Shown piece after piece: positions 9,689 through 19,346 of a DNA stretch of 64,000 bases; within the stretch, counting starts at the first letter, position 1; every line of letters begins with the position of its first letter. The notes below the pieces were generated by a model that was not told where the DNA came from, did no database searches, and was given only the letters and a program-made list of their open reading frames with translations. The translations under genes were made by a program, and so were the position numbers. Where the stretch lies: positions 64,001 to 128,000 of the IMG/VR virus record IMGVR_UViG_2931736537_000001; one strand, 5' to 3'. The DNA comes from a virus. Taxonomy: Duplodnaviria > Caudoviricetes.

Positions 9689-10993
9689 CTAGCCGTTGTG
9701 GTGCAGCGCGGTCGCCGCGTCGGCGAGCGCTGCGGTGAGGAAGTCGATGTCCTCGTCCGTTGAGGTCAACGGTGGGGCGACGACCAGCCCTTCGGTGCGC
9801 GGCTGGCCGGCCCCGGTGAACGGGTAGAAGAAGACGTCGCGCTCTTCGGTGGCCTCCATCAGGGGCCAGAGCAGACCGGGCTCGACCTCGACGCCGTACA
9901 GGTGCCCGAGCCCGCGCACGGTCCTCACCGGCCCTCGGCCGGCCAGTTCGTGCAGGGCCCGTCCGAGTCGCTCGCCGCGGGCGGTGAAGGCGTTGTGGTC
10001 CATGGATTCCAGCTCGTCCAGGACGCCGAGGCAGGCTGCCGCCTGCAGCGGGTGGGTGGCCATGGTGCCCATCGCGGGCAGTGGGTCGGCGTTCTGGTGG
10101 CGGATGAGGGGTGCGATGTCGGGCGCGACGAGTACGGCTCCGATGCCGGTGTAGCCGGCTCCCAGCCCTTTGGACAGGATGCACAGGTCCGGTTCGGCGC
10201 CGTCCCAGTGGTGGCTGGCCAGGGGTGTGCCGGTGCGCCAGAGCCCGGTCAGCACCTCGTCGTGGATGACGAGGACCTCACGTTCCCGGCAGATCTCCGA
10301 CACGCGCCGCAGGTACCCGGCGGGCGGGACGTAGGCCCCGCCGGTGGTGCCGTTCACTGGTTCGAGCAGGACGGCGGCGACGTTCTCCGCTCCCCTGTTG
10401 TCGATCGCCTTGGCCACCTCGTCGGCGCACGAGGCGTCGCACTCGCGCTGTTCGTGGCTGTGCGTCGGCGGGTAGGGCGCGGCGAAGGCCGGTCCGAGGC
10501 CGAGGGCGTCCTCGGGGTGGGGTCGTCGGGCGTGGTTCCCGGCGAGCGCGAGGGTCAGGGCGCTGTTGCCGTGGTAGCTCAGGGTGGACGTCAGGATGTC
10601 CCCTCGGCTCTTCCCGCCTCGGCGCATTCGGGTGATGTTCCGGGCCAGGCCCACGGCGACCTCGACGCCCAGGGTGCCGCAGGTCGTCAGCGCGACGGAG
10701 TCTTCCGTGCGTCCCACGGCGCGGCAGAGGCGGTCCATCAGTTCCATCTGGATGTGGGGCTGGACGACGGCCGCGCCTCCGAAGGAGTAGCGGTGGAACT
10801 GCTGCTCGATGCGGGCGAGGACCTTCGGGCTGCTCTGCCCCACGTTCGCGCAGAGGAGGCCGCTCGATCCGTCGAGGATCCGCCGGCCATCGGCGCGGTG
10901 GAGCCAGGAGCCGCTGGTGGCCACGACGTCGAAGTCCGGCAGGGGCCTGGATGACGTCAGCAGCCTTGTGCGGCTGGGTAAGTACCGATCCAC
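9689..10993 (-). CDS. Class III PLP-dependent aminotransferase
   Basis: DGSSGLLCANVG, SYHG, EPVNG, DEVLTGLWRTG, SKGLG. Confidence 0.9.
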   Translation of the reverse strand: MDRYLPSRTRLLTSSRPLPDFDVVATSGSWLHRADGRRILDGSSGLLCANVGQSSPKVLARIEQQFHRYSFGGAAVVQPHIQMELMDRLCRAVGRTEDSVALTTCGTLGVEVAVGLARNITRMRRGGKSRGDILTSTLSYHGNSALTLALAGNHARRPHPEDALGLGPAFAAPYPPTHSHEQRECDASCADEVAKAIDNRGAENVAAVLLEPVNGTTGGAYVPPAGYLRRVSEICREREVLVIHDEVLTGLWRTGTPLASHHWDGAEPDLCILSKGLGAGYTGIGAVLVAPDIAPLIRHQNADPLPAMGTMATHPLQAAACLGVLDELESMDHNAFTARGERLGRALHELAGRGPVRTVRGLGHLYGVEVEPGLLWPLMEATEERDVFFYPFTGAGQPRTEGLVVAPPLTSTDEDIDFLTAALADAATALHHNG

Positions 10994-11372
10994 GTAGGAC
11001 GTCCCTTCTTGGGCGTGCTCGCACGCGGGCGCGCGGGAGCACGACGGCGGGTCTGTGTGGAAGGTGGCCGAGCGCGCCTTGCAGGGTTCCGGGAACGGCG
11101 ATGACCTGCGGTCGCGTCCGGAGGTCCGACTGCTCGACCGCTTCCGACGATACTCATAACACCCCCTTACGCATAGGGTTTCGAGAGTGATCGTGTGTCC
11201 TGCGGCACATCTCGGCCAGGTGTCCCTGTCGGCAGGCATATGCGGCGATCGCAGCCGAGCGCCGTCAATGGCACCGAGCCCCCTGAGCTGGGTGCCATGA
11301 TTAAGAAAACATGGCGGTCGGACACACCGTCAGCGGGCGCACCCCGCCCGAGGTGACGAGTGAGGGGACTTT

Positions 11373-12053
11373 GTGGCCAGGCGCACGACGGCCTACCGGC
11401 GCGTCGCCCAGGAGCTGCGCGACCAGATCGCAGGCGGGCAGCTCAAGGAAGGCGACCGCATTCCGTCCCTGACGGAGCTGCAGGCCGAGTTCGGTGTCTC
11501 GGACACCGTGATCCTGGAGGCTCGCAAGGTCCTGGTGGCCGAGGGCCTCCTCGTCGCGCGGACCGGCGACGGCACGTACGTCCGTGAGCGGCCCGAGCCG
11601 CAGCGCCTGCTGCACGGTGAGCCGGCCGAGGCCGGGCAGCCCTGGTTCCGGCTGGAAATCGGCGAGTCCGCCCTGTTCCCCGACGTAGTCGAGGTGGAGC
11701 CGGAGACGAGCGTGCCGGCGCCCGCCGACGTAGCTCGGCACCTGGGCGTCCGTACGGGTCGCCGGGTGCGCCGCGCGGTGCGGCTCTTCCGGCACGACGG
11801 CTCCGCCGTGCAGCTGGTGACCGCTCACGTGCTGGCGAGCGGAAAGGCGGAGACCGCAGCGACGGAGGAGCAGGTCACCTCGCGGCCGGCGCTGGATTCG
11901 GAGGCCCGGGCGTTGGACGGCGTAGTCGGCCAGCCGGTGACCGTGGTGACCCGTGTGGAGCGTCCGGAGTCCGGCCGGGCCCGCGTGCTGCAAACGGTGG
12001 TGCTGGCCGACCGGTTCAGCCTGGTCTACCAGCCTGGGCGCCCCGGGGAATGA
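11373..12053 (+). CDS. GntR/HutC-family regulator (wHTH plus UTRA-like domain)
   Basis: YRRVAQELRDQI...GDRIPSLTEL...FGVS...GDGTYV. Confidence 0.85.
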   Translation: MARRTTAYRRVAQELRDQIAGGQLKEGDRIPSLTELQAEFGVSDTVILEARKVLVAEGLLVARTGDGTYVRERPEPQRLLHGEPAEAGQPWFRLEIGESALFPDVVEVEPETSVPAPADVARHLGVRTGRRVRRAVRLFRHDGSAVQLVTAHVLASGKAETAATEEQVTSRPALDSEARALDGVVGQPVTVVTRVERPESGRARVLQTVVLADRFSLVYQPGRPGE

Positions 12054-12083
12054 CGGCACCCCGGCCACGGGGCCGGGGTGCCG
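12054..12083. terminator. Hairpin terminator
   Basis: cggcaccccggcc-acgg-ggccggggtgccg directly after the GntR stop. Confidence 0.7.
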
Positions 12084-12177
12084 AGGGGGGACGCAGACCT
12101 GCCCTGCGGGCCGGGCTACGGGGCGAGCGTAGCCCTGGGTCAGGGGCAGTGTCGGGCAGTTCGGGTGATGTCGCCGC

Positions 12178-12576
12178 TCAGGCGACGCCCTTGGCCCAGC
12201 CCGGGGTGCAGGAGATGATCGTCTTGTTGCCGTTCTCCCCGATGCACGCCTGGTAGTAGACGGTGGTGCCCTCCGGGATGGCGGTCCCGTAGCTCTTGTA
12301 GCGGGCGGTGCCCTTGCCGTCGGGGTTGAACAGGTTGTGCGCGATGCCGACGGAGGGGACGTAGACGCGGACGACGGCCGAGTGGCCGTCGGCCTTCGTG
12401 TCCTCGACCCAGAAGACGTCGCCGTAGTGCTTGAACCAGGCCGTTGCGCCGCGGGTGGGGTCGACGACGCTTCCGCCGTCGGAGCCGGCACTCGCGGCGG
12501 AGGCGGTGGCGAACAGCAGGGCGGTGGACGCGGCGAGCGCGCCGGCGACGTAGCCGAAGCGGGTGCGGAAACGCAT
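12178..12576 (-). CDS. Small secreted protein
   Basis: Signal peptide (MRFRTR...ASAASA); D..ADGHS motif common in small Streptomyces secreted proteins. Confidence 0.75.
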   Translation of the reverse strand: MRFRTRFGYVAGALAASTALLFATASAASAGSDGGSVVDPTRGATAWFKHYGDVFWVEDTKADGHSAVVRVYVPSVGIAHNLFNPDGKGTARYKSYGTAIPEGTTVYYQACIGENGNKTIISCTPGWAKGVA

Positions 12577-12673
12577 GGGGAACTCCTTCTTCAGGGGATC
12601 GGGGCAGCAGGTGGTGTGCTGGGCCGCGCCGGGCCGGGCGGATCGGGACGTCTGGCCCGGCGCGGACCCGGAA

Positions 12674-12919
12674 TCAGCGGCCGAAGGCACCCCAGGCGCC
12701 GACGATGAGGGCGCCGAGGGCGATCAGGACGCTGAGGGTGGGAAGGGGCCAGCGGGCACGCTCGAGCGCGGCGACGCGTTCCTGGAGGTCCGCGACGTCC
12801 TTGTCGGTCTGGTCGGTGCGCTGGACCAGCAGGGCCAGTTGGCCGTCGATGCCCGCCAGCCCGACTTCGAGGCTGCGGCGCAGGTCAGCCAAGGCGAGAG
12901 CGACCTCTCCGTCGGGCAT
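12674..12919 (-). CDS. Lysis-cassette membrane protein (coiled coil plus C-terminal TM)
   Basis: Follows the holin; heptad region then one TM helix. Confidence 0.7.
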   Translation of the reverse strand: MPDGEVALALADLRRSLEVGLAGIDGQLALLVQRTDQTDKDVADLQERVAALERARWPLPTLSVLIALGALIVGAWGAFGR

Positions 12920-12935
12920 GGTCAGGTCCTTTGTG

Positions 12936-13193
12936 CTAGGAGCGGGTGGTGGGGTCGGACTTGGCCGGCAGCCAGGAGGCGGTGCCGAGCTTCCCGAGGC
13001 GGGTGCCGATGGCGCCCTTGATGACGGTGAGTCCGGCGGGGATCGAGGCGACGGCCGCGGACTGCAGGACCGAGAGGTCGACGACGTCGGTGGCGGCCCC
13101 GGCGAGCAGGAGGCCGAGGAACGCCTCGGCGTAGGTCAGGGCGGTGCGCTCGGCGACGTCGGCGAGGGCCTCGGTGGTGGACTTGGCTGCCAT
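12936..13193 (-). CDS. Holin (r1t-like)
   Basis: DVAERTALTYAEAFL plus two TM segments, downstream of the endolysin. Confidence 0.8.
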   Translation of the reverse strand: MAAKSTTEALADVAERTALTYAEAFLGLLLAGAATDVVDLSVLQSAAVASIPAGLTVIKGAIGTRLGKLGTASWLPAKSDPTTRS

Positions 13194-13213
13194 GGGGTGT
13201 CTCCCTTGAGGTG

Positions 13214-14677
13214 TCAGGCGGTTGCGGTGAAGCCATGCCGGGCGGCCAGGCGGCGCAGCGAGTCGAGGCCGGGGTAGCCGTCGGCGGCCGAGCCGGTGTA
13301 GGAGCCGCCGGCCTTGCTGCGCTGCCAGGCGGCGTACGCGGTCCGGGTCTTGGTGCCGAAGGAGCCGTCGGCGTACCGGCGGGCGAGTAGGCCCTCGGCG
13401 ACCAGGGCGTCCTCGACGAGGCCGACCTCGCCCGGGTAGGTGGTGTGGCCGTCCGGGGCGGGGATGTCCGCCTTGGCTGCGGCGACCATGTGGGCGACGC
13501 TGACCTTGCGCTTCGCGGAGGCGGCCGGGATGTCCTTGCCGCGGCCGGTGACCAGCAGTTCCCACGTGGTCGGTCCGGGGATTCCGTCCGCGTCCGCGCC
13601 GCTCCAGCCCTGGGCCGTCTGGAAGGCCTTGGTCGCGTCGCGGTCGGCGTCGCTCCAGCGCGGGCCGGCGCCGACGGAGTAGAAGCGCTTGCCGCCGCGG
13701 GCGATGAGCATGGTGCCCAGCCGGGTGACGTGGGCGTTGTTGGCGCCCGGGCCGAAGACGCCGACGCCGGGGAAGGCGTCCTTGGCGGGCTTGCTCGGTG
13801 CCGGCGTGCTGCCGGTGCCGCCCAGGATCTTCCGGGTGTCGACCGCACCGGGGTCGCCGTGGTCGTTGCCCGGGACGTGGGCGTGGGCGAAGTGGCCGCC
13901 CTTGTTCTGCCAGGTGCTGCGCGAGCGCGCCGAGTAGCCGCCGGGGTACTTCGGCGGGGCACCGGCCGGCCACACGTCGGGGACGCCCCAGGAGCGGGCG
14001 GCGGCCAGGATCTTCTGCCAGCCCGGCTTCTTCGCCGGGTCCCAGCCGGTCGTCCAGGGGTTCTTGGCGTACGCCAGGACCTCGATCTGGATGTTGACGC
14101 GGCCTTCGCGGTTCGTCCGGCGGCTGCCGTCGTTGCGCAGGGCGCGGGCGCTCTGGTTGAGCGGTCCGAACTGGCCGACGCGGTCGGTGACCGGGCAGTA
14201 GATCAGGTGCGGTTCGGAGGCGACTCGGATCAGGTACGAGCCGATCGACTCCAGGTACTTGCCGCCGGCCGGGGACTCGGTGCTGTGGTGGGTGACCCGC
14301 GGCGGGTTGCCGGGGGTGTCCATCGCCCCGCCGATAACGCCGTCGCCGAGCCGGATGGCGCCGGAGATCCACGCGGTGCCGGTGGCGCCGCGCGGCAATT
14401 CACCGGCCGGCGGGAGGTCGTCGGCGACGGCCCGCGGCTCGGGGTCGGGCATGTAGGCGGGCGCGGGGGCGGCGTCGACCGGCTCGTACCAGTCCAGGTC
14501 GCCGTCCTCGCGGAGCACGAACAGCGCGCCGGGGCGGCTGGGGTGCTCGACGGTGAACCGGGGGCTGGTGTCGGCGGCCGCGATGGCGCGGACCTGGTCG
14601 AGGTGGTCCTGGGTGACCTCGCCGCAGTAGGTGACGGACTGGTCGGGGTGGACGATGGCAGCGTGGAAGGCGGACAT
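13214..14677 (-). CDS. Endolysin: amidase-like domain plus peptidoglycan-binding domains
   Basis: HHSTE, NIQIE, HAHVPGNDHGDPG; FQTAQGW..ADGIPGPTTW and DGSFG..T..AYAAWQ PG-binding repeats. Confidence 0.85.
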   Translation of the reverse strand: MSAFHAAIVHPDQSVTYCGEVTQDHLDQVRAIAAADTSPRFTVEHPSRPGALFVLREDGDLDWYEPVDAAPAPAYMPDPEPRAVADDLPPAGELPRGATGTAWISGAIRLGDGVIGGAMDTPGNPPRVTHHSTESPAGGKYLESIGSYLIRVASEPHLIYCPVTDRVGQFGPLNQSARALRNDGSRRTNREGRVNIQIEVLAYAKNPWTTGWDPAKKPGWQKILAAARSWGVPDVWPAGAPPKYPGGYSARSRSTWQNKGGHFAHAHVPGNDHGDPGAVDTRKILGGTGSTPAPSKPAKDAFPGVGVFGPGANNAHVTRLGTMLIARGGKRFYSVGAGPRWSDADRDATKAFQTAQGWSGADADGIPGPTTWELLVTGRGKDIPAASAKRKVSVAHMVAAAKADIPAPDGHTTYPGEVGLVEDALVAEGLLARRYADGSFGTKTRTAYAAWQRSKAGGSYTGSAADGYPGLDSLRRLAARHGFTATA

Positions 14678-14692
14678 GCGTGACGCTCCTCG

Positions 14693-15508
14693 TCAGGCGT
14701 GGAGTTGGATCGCGTCGACCTGCTCGCGCAGCGCGACGTAGGTGGACAGGCGCAGGAAGAAGTCGCCGCCTTGGCCCCAGGCCGGGCCCCAGGAGTTGCG
14801 CAGCCGCAGCACGGTCCGCTCCGGGACGACGCGGCCGTCGCTGTACTGGGCGACCTCCTCGAGGCCGATGGCACACACCTCGTGGCCGCCGGCGAGGCCG
14901 GAGGTCCGCCAGTACGGGACGGTGTCGACGAAGCCGTCCGCTGCGGGCGTGAACCAGGCGTTGAACCAGGGCAGACCGAGCAGGACCGGCCCCTTCTGCA
15001 GGGCGGCGGCCAGCGCCGCGGCGTCCAGGGCGTGGGTGTAGGAGCCGATCAGGCCGCGGCTCTTCAGGACGCGGGCGACGCCGAGGCCGGAACTGCCGCT
15101 GTCGGCCGGCGGCCACTGGTAGGGCACGAACTCGTCGACGGCGGTGGCCTCGGAGTACAGCTGCAGCGCCCACTGCTCTGCGGCGACCGCGTCGTCGGTG
15201 GGCAGTCCCGCCCGCTCGAGGGCGGGTGCGTCGAGCAGGACGGACAGGGCCGCCGCCGCGGCGTTCGCCGTGCAGGAGCCGACGGCGTCGACGTCCCGGG
15301 TGCCGGTGATGGTGGAGGTGTGGATGCCCTGGGCGAGCAGGTCCTGCTGGTTCAGGACGGGGATGGCGGGCTGCCAGCGCACCGGCTGCAGCGCTTCACC
15401 ACCGTGGGTCTCGCGGTGGGCCAGTGAGCGGGCGTCGAGGACCTGGTGGCGGCCGAGCGCCGGATGGACGTCGTAGTGGCGTACGAGGACGCCGTGCGTG
15501 GTGGGCAC
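14693..15508 (-). CDS. Papain-like (C1) cysteine peptidase
   Basis: GSCTANA (Cys), GGHEV (His), LRNSWG (Asn). Confidence 0.8.
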   Translation of the reverse strand: MPTTHGVLVRHYDVHPALGRHQVLDARSLAHRETHGGEALQPVRWQPAIPVLNQQDLLAQGIHTSTITGTRDVDAVGSCTANAAAAALSVLLDAPALERAGLPTDDAVAAEQWALQLYSEATAVDEFVPYQWPPADSGSSGLGVARVLKSRGLIGSYTHALDAAALAAALQKGPVLLGLPWFNAWFTPAADGFVDTVPYWRTSGLAGGHEVCAIGLEEVAQYSDGRVVPERTVLRLRNSWGPAWGQGGDFFLRLSTYVALREQVDAIQLHA

Positions 15509-15709
15509 CGTCTGGTCCGCTTCTCCCCCGCGCCCCGATGGCTGTGTCCTCCGGTCCGCGCAGTGGCGGAACGGCCGGAATCCCTCGGGGGGTGGTGCGG
15601 ACCGCGAAGCGGTGGCGTTGGGACGGAGGGTCGTCCGCAGGTGCCGTGATCAATGATAGGTGCGGCCCGATGGGCGCCAGGCCCGCGTGCCCGGGCCCGC
15701 CGGTGCGGC

Positions 15710-17044
15710 TCAGGTGCCGTCGATGAGGCGTTCGGCGAGGAACGGGCTAAACGTGCCGGCGGGGGTGTCGGCGGGGGCGATGCCGCACTGCCCGTCGCTG
15801 TCCCCCGGGTACTTGATCCAGAGCAGGTACTCGGCGCCACCGACGCCGATGGAGCTGGGGACGCCGAGGCGCCGCCCGGCGGGGTTGCAGTAGTCGACGT
15901 GCTGGCCGCGGTCGTCCATCGCTCCGTTGCCGTTGCGGGCGGTGTCGATGACGAAGGTGACACCGGGGACTCCGGCGGCTGCGAGGGCGGCGACGACCTG
16001 CTGGCCGTACTGACAGGAGATGTCGGTGGAGTCGAAGTTGCTGACGCCGATGGCGATGCGCCTGGTCGCGGCGACGCCGCCCCGGATGAGCTGGGCGGCC
16101 ATTTGGACGGGGCGGAGCCAGGTGGCGTTGCCGGCGTCGAGGTACGCCTGGACGCGGGGTCTCGCGGCGAGGGCCTGTGCGATGTACGTGCACAGCTCGT
16201 ACCGGGTTGCCCGGGCCTCCGGGGTGGGCAGTTGCTCGGCCTGGGCCAGGGAGTCCGGCTCGACGATGACGATCGCCGGCCGGTCCCCGAGCCCGGCGAC
16301 GAAGGCGTCGACCCACGCCTTGTACGCCTCGGGGGTCGCCGCGCCGCCGCTGCTTTCGCCTCCGTTGTCCCGCCAGTACATGGCGTACGCGGCCAGGATG
16401 GGGACCTGCCCGGCCGCGGCGGCCGCGGCGACGTACGCGTCGACGTCCGTCTGGATGGTGGTGTTCCAGTCGCCGAACCAGCGGGCGCCCGGACGCCGCG
16501 CTATCGATTGGCGGATCTTCGCGGCGCGGCCGTCGGTGGGGTTGGCCGCCAGCCACTTCGCGGCGTTGCTGTCGGGGTCGACGTAGAAGCCTTCTCGGAT
16601 GGTCGACGTGGTGAGCCGGACCTGGGCGAAGGTGATGGTGACGGGGCTGGCCTGCCCCATCTGGAAACTGACCTGCCCGGCCGCGGTGTCCAGGTCGGAC
16701 ACGAAGGTGTACACGAAGCTCGTGTCGCTCATCCCGAGGGTGATGGTCTTGTCCAGGGCCGGGGTCCACGGGTCGACGCCGAGCCCGACCTGCACCCGGA
16801 GCTGGGCGCCAGCCTGCGAGGCCCTCGCCGTGAAGCTCAGGGTGTACCGGGCGCCCTTGCGCAGCACGATGTTGTCCTGCCCGAAGGGCGCGTCCCAGAG
16901 GTTCAGGGCATCGGTGGTGGCCACGGCGTCCATGCCGCCGGGGCCGGGCGCGATGGTCACCATGGCGGGGTCGCCGGCCCACCAGGAGGCGGTGCCGTCG
17001 GTGAAGTCGGGGTTGTCGATCAGGTCGCCGTACATGCCGGCCAT
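15710..17044 (-). CDS. CBM4/9 plus GH6 endoglucanase (cellulase), no signal peptide
   Basis: N-terminal LIDNPDF...YTLSFTA CBM; GH6 motifs FYVDPDS, WRDNGG, VEPDSL, YLDAGN, VSNF, IDTARNG, WIKYPGDSDG; GAGGAG RBS. Confidence 0.9.
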   Translation of the reverse strand: MAGMYGDLIDNPDFTDGTASWWAGDPAMVTIAPGPGGMDAVATTDALNLWDAPFGQDNIVLRKGARYTLSFTARASQAGAQLRVQVGLGVDPWTPALDKTITLGMSDTSFVYTFVSDLDTAAGQVSFQMGQASPVTITFAQVRLTTSTIREGFYVDPDSNAAKWLAANPTDGRAAKIRQSIARRPGARWFGDWNTTIQTDVDAYVAAAAAAGQVPILAAYAMYWRDNGGESSGGAATPEAYKAWVDAFVAGLGDRPAIVIVEPDSLAQAEQLPTPEARATRYELCTYIAQALAARPRVQAYLDAGNATWLRPVQMAAQLIRGGVAATRRIAIGVSNFDSTDISCQYGQQVVAALAAAGVPGVTFVIDTARNGNGAMDDRGQHVDYCNPAGRRLGVPSSIGVGGAEYLLWIKYPGDSDGQCGIAPADTPAGTFSPFLAERLIDGT

Positions 17045-17058
17045 GAACGCGGTCTCCT

Positions 17059-19341
17059 CTACTTGGTGTAGGTCACCCGCAGCTTGGGCGGATAGGTCTG
17101 GCCGGCCCCCCTGAAGGCGCCGTAGTAGGTCCTGTTCGTGGAGTTCGGATCGAGCGCGACCCCCCTCCATCGCGTGCTGTCGAAAACCGACGTGATGTCG
17201 ACCCACTTGCCTTCGTTGCGGCGCCACGAGACGGTCTTTGCTTCGGAGTCGCTGGAGAACTTGGCGGGTCGGCTGGTGTGGGAGTGGGCCTTGATGACCG
17301 CGCTGCCGCCGGACGCGTAGTACCAGTGCTCCGCGTACAGGTAAATTTCCGCTCTCTGGATGGTGGCGCCGGCCAGGTCTGTGCCCAGGGCGGCGGGGAA
17401 TCCGATCAGGGACGCCTGGACTCCGTTGTTGGAGCTGTAGTAGCCCTGCATGCACTTGGCGCCGTAGTAGGAGTTGTAGCCGGAGCGGTTGGCGTAGGAG
17501 CCCGACCAGCTCGCCGTGTAGGTCTTGGTGTACTGACGCACCGGGTCCGGTTCGCTGCCACCGCCGGTGTTGTAGCCGCCGGTCTCCGGTACGTGCGGTC
17601 CGATGTCCTCGACGTACAGAACGCCCAGGGCGGTCGAGGAGCCGTAGAGGTCGACGGTCTGGCCGGACGGTCCGCCCGCGCACCTGAAGGTGATGAGCAG
17701 CCGGTGGAGCCCGGCGCCGAATCCGCCGCCGTTCCGGACGGCTTCCAGCCGTACTCTCTGGCTCGTGGCCAACGGCATGGGGTACGTGGCCAGCTGCAGC
17801 TGTGGGGAGCTGACGGTGGGCTTCCCGGTCTTGCCGTCGCGCAGGCGGATCTGGATCTCGCCGCCGGCCGCGGACGGATCCGCAATGGCGTCGAAGACGA
17901 CCCGGTACATGCGGTCGGTCTCGGCCTCGAAGGCGAGTTCAACGAACCCGATCTCGCTGGTGCCGCCGGTGACGCTGGCGGCCTGGTAGTCGATGGCGAG
18001 CAGCCCCCGGGGGCGGTCGCCGAGGAACGCGGAGATCGGCTGGCCGCCGACCGTGAGGCCGCCAGCCACGCTCACGTCGGCGAAGGCGGCGTTGCCCTGG
18101 TCGTCGATGGTGGCGACGGCGGTGCCGCCATTGCGCAGGGTGAGGTACTGGGGCTCGCCGGTGACCAAGGAGACCGCTTCCTCGCCGGTCTCGTCGTACA
18201 GCCGGACCCCTTGCGGCCCGACTTCGGCGCGGGCGCCGCCGGTGACCCGGCCGAAGATGGCGGTCGCCTCCGCGTTGTCGAACACCACCCAGCCGCGGGT
18301 GGCCTCGGACGCTTCCAAGCACACGACGGCCTGGGTGGCGCCCTGCGGCGCGGCGACCTGCCCGGAGATGCGCTGCCAGCGTCCGGGCTCCGGCGCGACG
18401 GCCTCCACGACTCCGTATCCGAGGACGGTGCCGGCGGCGCTCTCGTAGCGGGCCAGGATCTTCACTGCCTGCGCGGCGAGGTCCTCGGAGATCAGGAGGT
18501 CAATGCCGAGGGCGAACTGCTGACCTGGCAGGACGGGGACCGTGGCCAGGGGGAGGGTGAAGTAGGTGGCGGTGTCGGCGGTGCAGTCGCACAGGACACC
18601 GACGCCGGTCCGGTTGCCTGGTGCCAGGGCCCAGGGGGCGCCCGCGGCGGCGATGGTGCTGGCGGTGGCTGCGCTCTCGAAGCCCGGGTCGGGGATGAGG
18701 TTGGTTCCCTGGCCGACGGCTATCTGGTCGGGGGTGACCGCGCCGACGGCCAGGTGCGGCGTGACGATCGCGCCGACGGCGATGTGGCCCTCCTGGATGG
18801 CGCCGTTGCCGACGTCGCCGGCCGCTGCCCGGCGGGCGGCCGTACGGGTCGCGGCCGAGGCGACGCTCGGGGTACCGGAGGTGTTGACCGCGACGAGCCG
18901 TACCCAGATGTCGTCGTAGTAGTTGGTGGCGATGGTGACCGAGGCCCCGGAGGCGGCTTCGATCGTCGCGGCCGGCCACATCACGTCCGGCTCGGTGTCC
19001 TCGCCGGTCACCAGGTGCACCTGGACGCGGGACAGGTCCAGCGGTGCGACGGTGTCGGCGTCGGCGAAGGCGCCGTCCCAGGTGATGCGCAGGCCGCCGA
19101 GGATGGGCTCGGCCTGCGGGGCCGACGGTGTGGGCGGGCGGGGCCCGTTGACCGCGACGACGCCGCTGGTGCCGTCCGGCTGCTGCCCGATGACGGCGCG
19201 CAGCGAGCCGTCCACGTCGTACACCTCGACGGCGCCGTCCTCGATGGAGGAGTAGGCGAGCTGGGACGTGCGGCTCTGCTGGCTGATGAGCCGCTCGAGG
19301 TTGGCGATGCGCCCGGCCAGTCTCGCCAAGTCGTTGGCCAT
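17059..19341 (-). CDS. Minor tail / tail fibre (receptor-binding) protein
   Basis: Position after the hub gene; N-terminal coiled coil, FN3-like segment, NLIPDPGFE jelly-roll domain. Confidence 0.75.
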   Translation of the reverse strand: MANDLARLAGRIANLERLISQQSRTSQLAYSSIEDGAVEVYDVDGSLRAVIGQQPDGTSGVVAVNGPRPPTPSAPQAEPILGGLRITWDGAFADADTVAPLDLSRVQVHLVTGEDTEPDVMWPAATIEAASGASVTIATNYYDDIWVRLVAVNTSGTPSVASAATRTAARRAAAGDVGNGAIQEGHIAVGAIVTPHLAVGAVTPDQIAVGQGTNLIPDPGFESAATASTIAAAGAPWALAPGNRTGVGVLCDCTADTATYFTLPLATVPVLPGQQFALGIDLLISEDLAAQAVKILARYESAAGTVLGYGVVEAVAPEPGRWQRISGQVAAPQGATQAVVCLEASEATRGWVVFDNAEATAIFGRVTGGARAEVGPQGVRLYDETGEEAVSLVTGEPQYLTLRNGGTAVATIDDQGNAAFADVSVAGGLTVGGQPISAFLGDRPRGLLAIDYQAASVTGGTSEIGFVELAFEAETDRMYRVVFDAIADPSAAGGEIQIRLRDGKTGKPTVSSPQLQLATYPMPLATSQRVRLEAVRNGGGFGAGLHRLLITFRCAGGPSGQTVDLYGSSTALGVLYVEDIGPHVPETGGYNTGGGSEPDPVRQYTKTYTASWSGSYANRSGYNSYYGAKCMQGYYSSNNGVQASLIGFPAALGTDLAGATIQRAEIYLYAEHWYYASGGSAVIKAHSHTSRPAKFSSDSEAKTVSWRRNEGKWVDITSVFDSTRWRGVALDPNSTNRTYYGAFRGAGQTYPPKLRVTYTK

Positions 19342-19346
19342 GGGGG

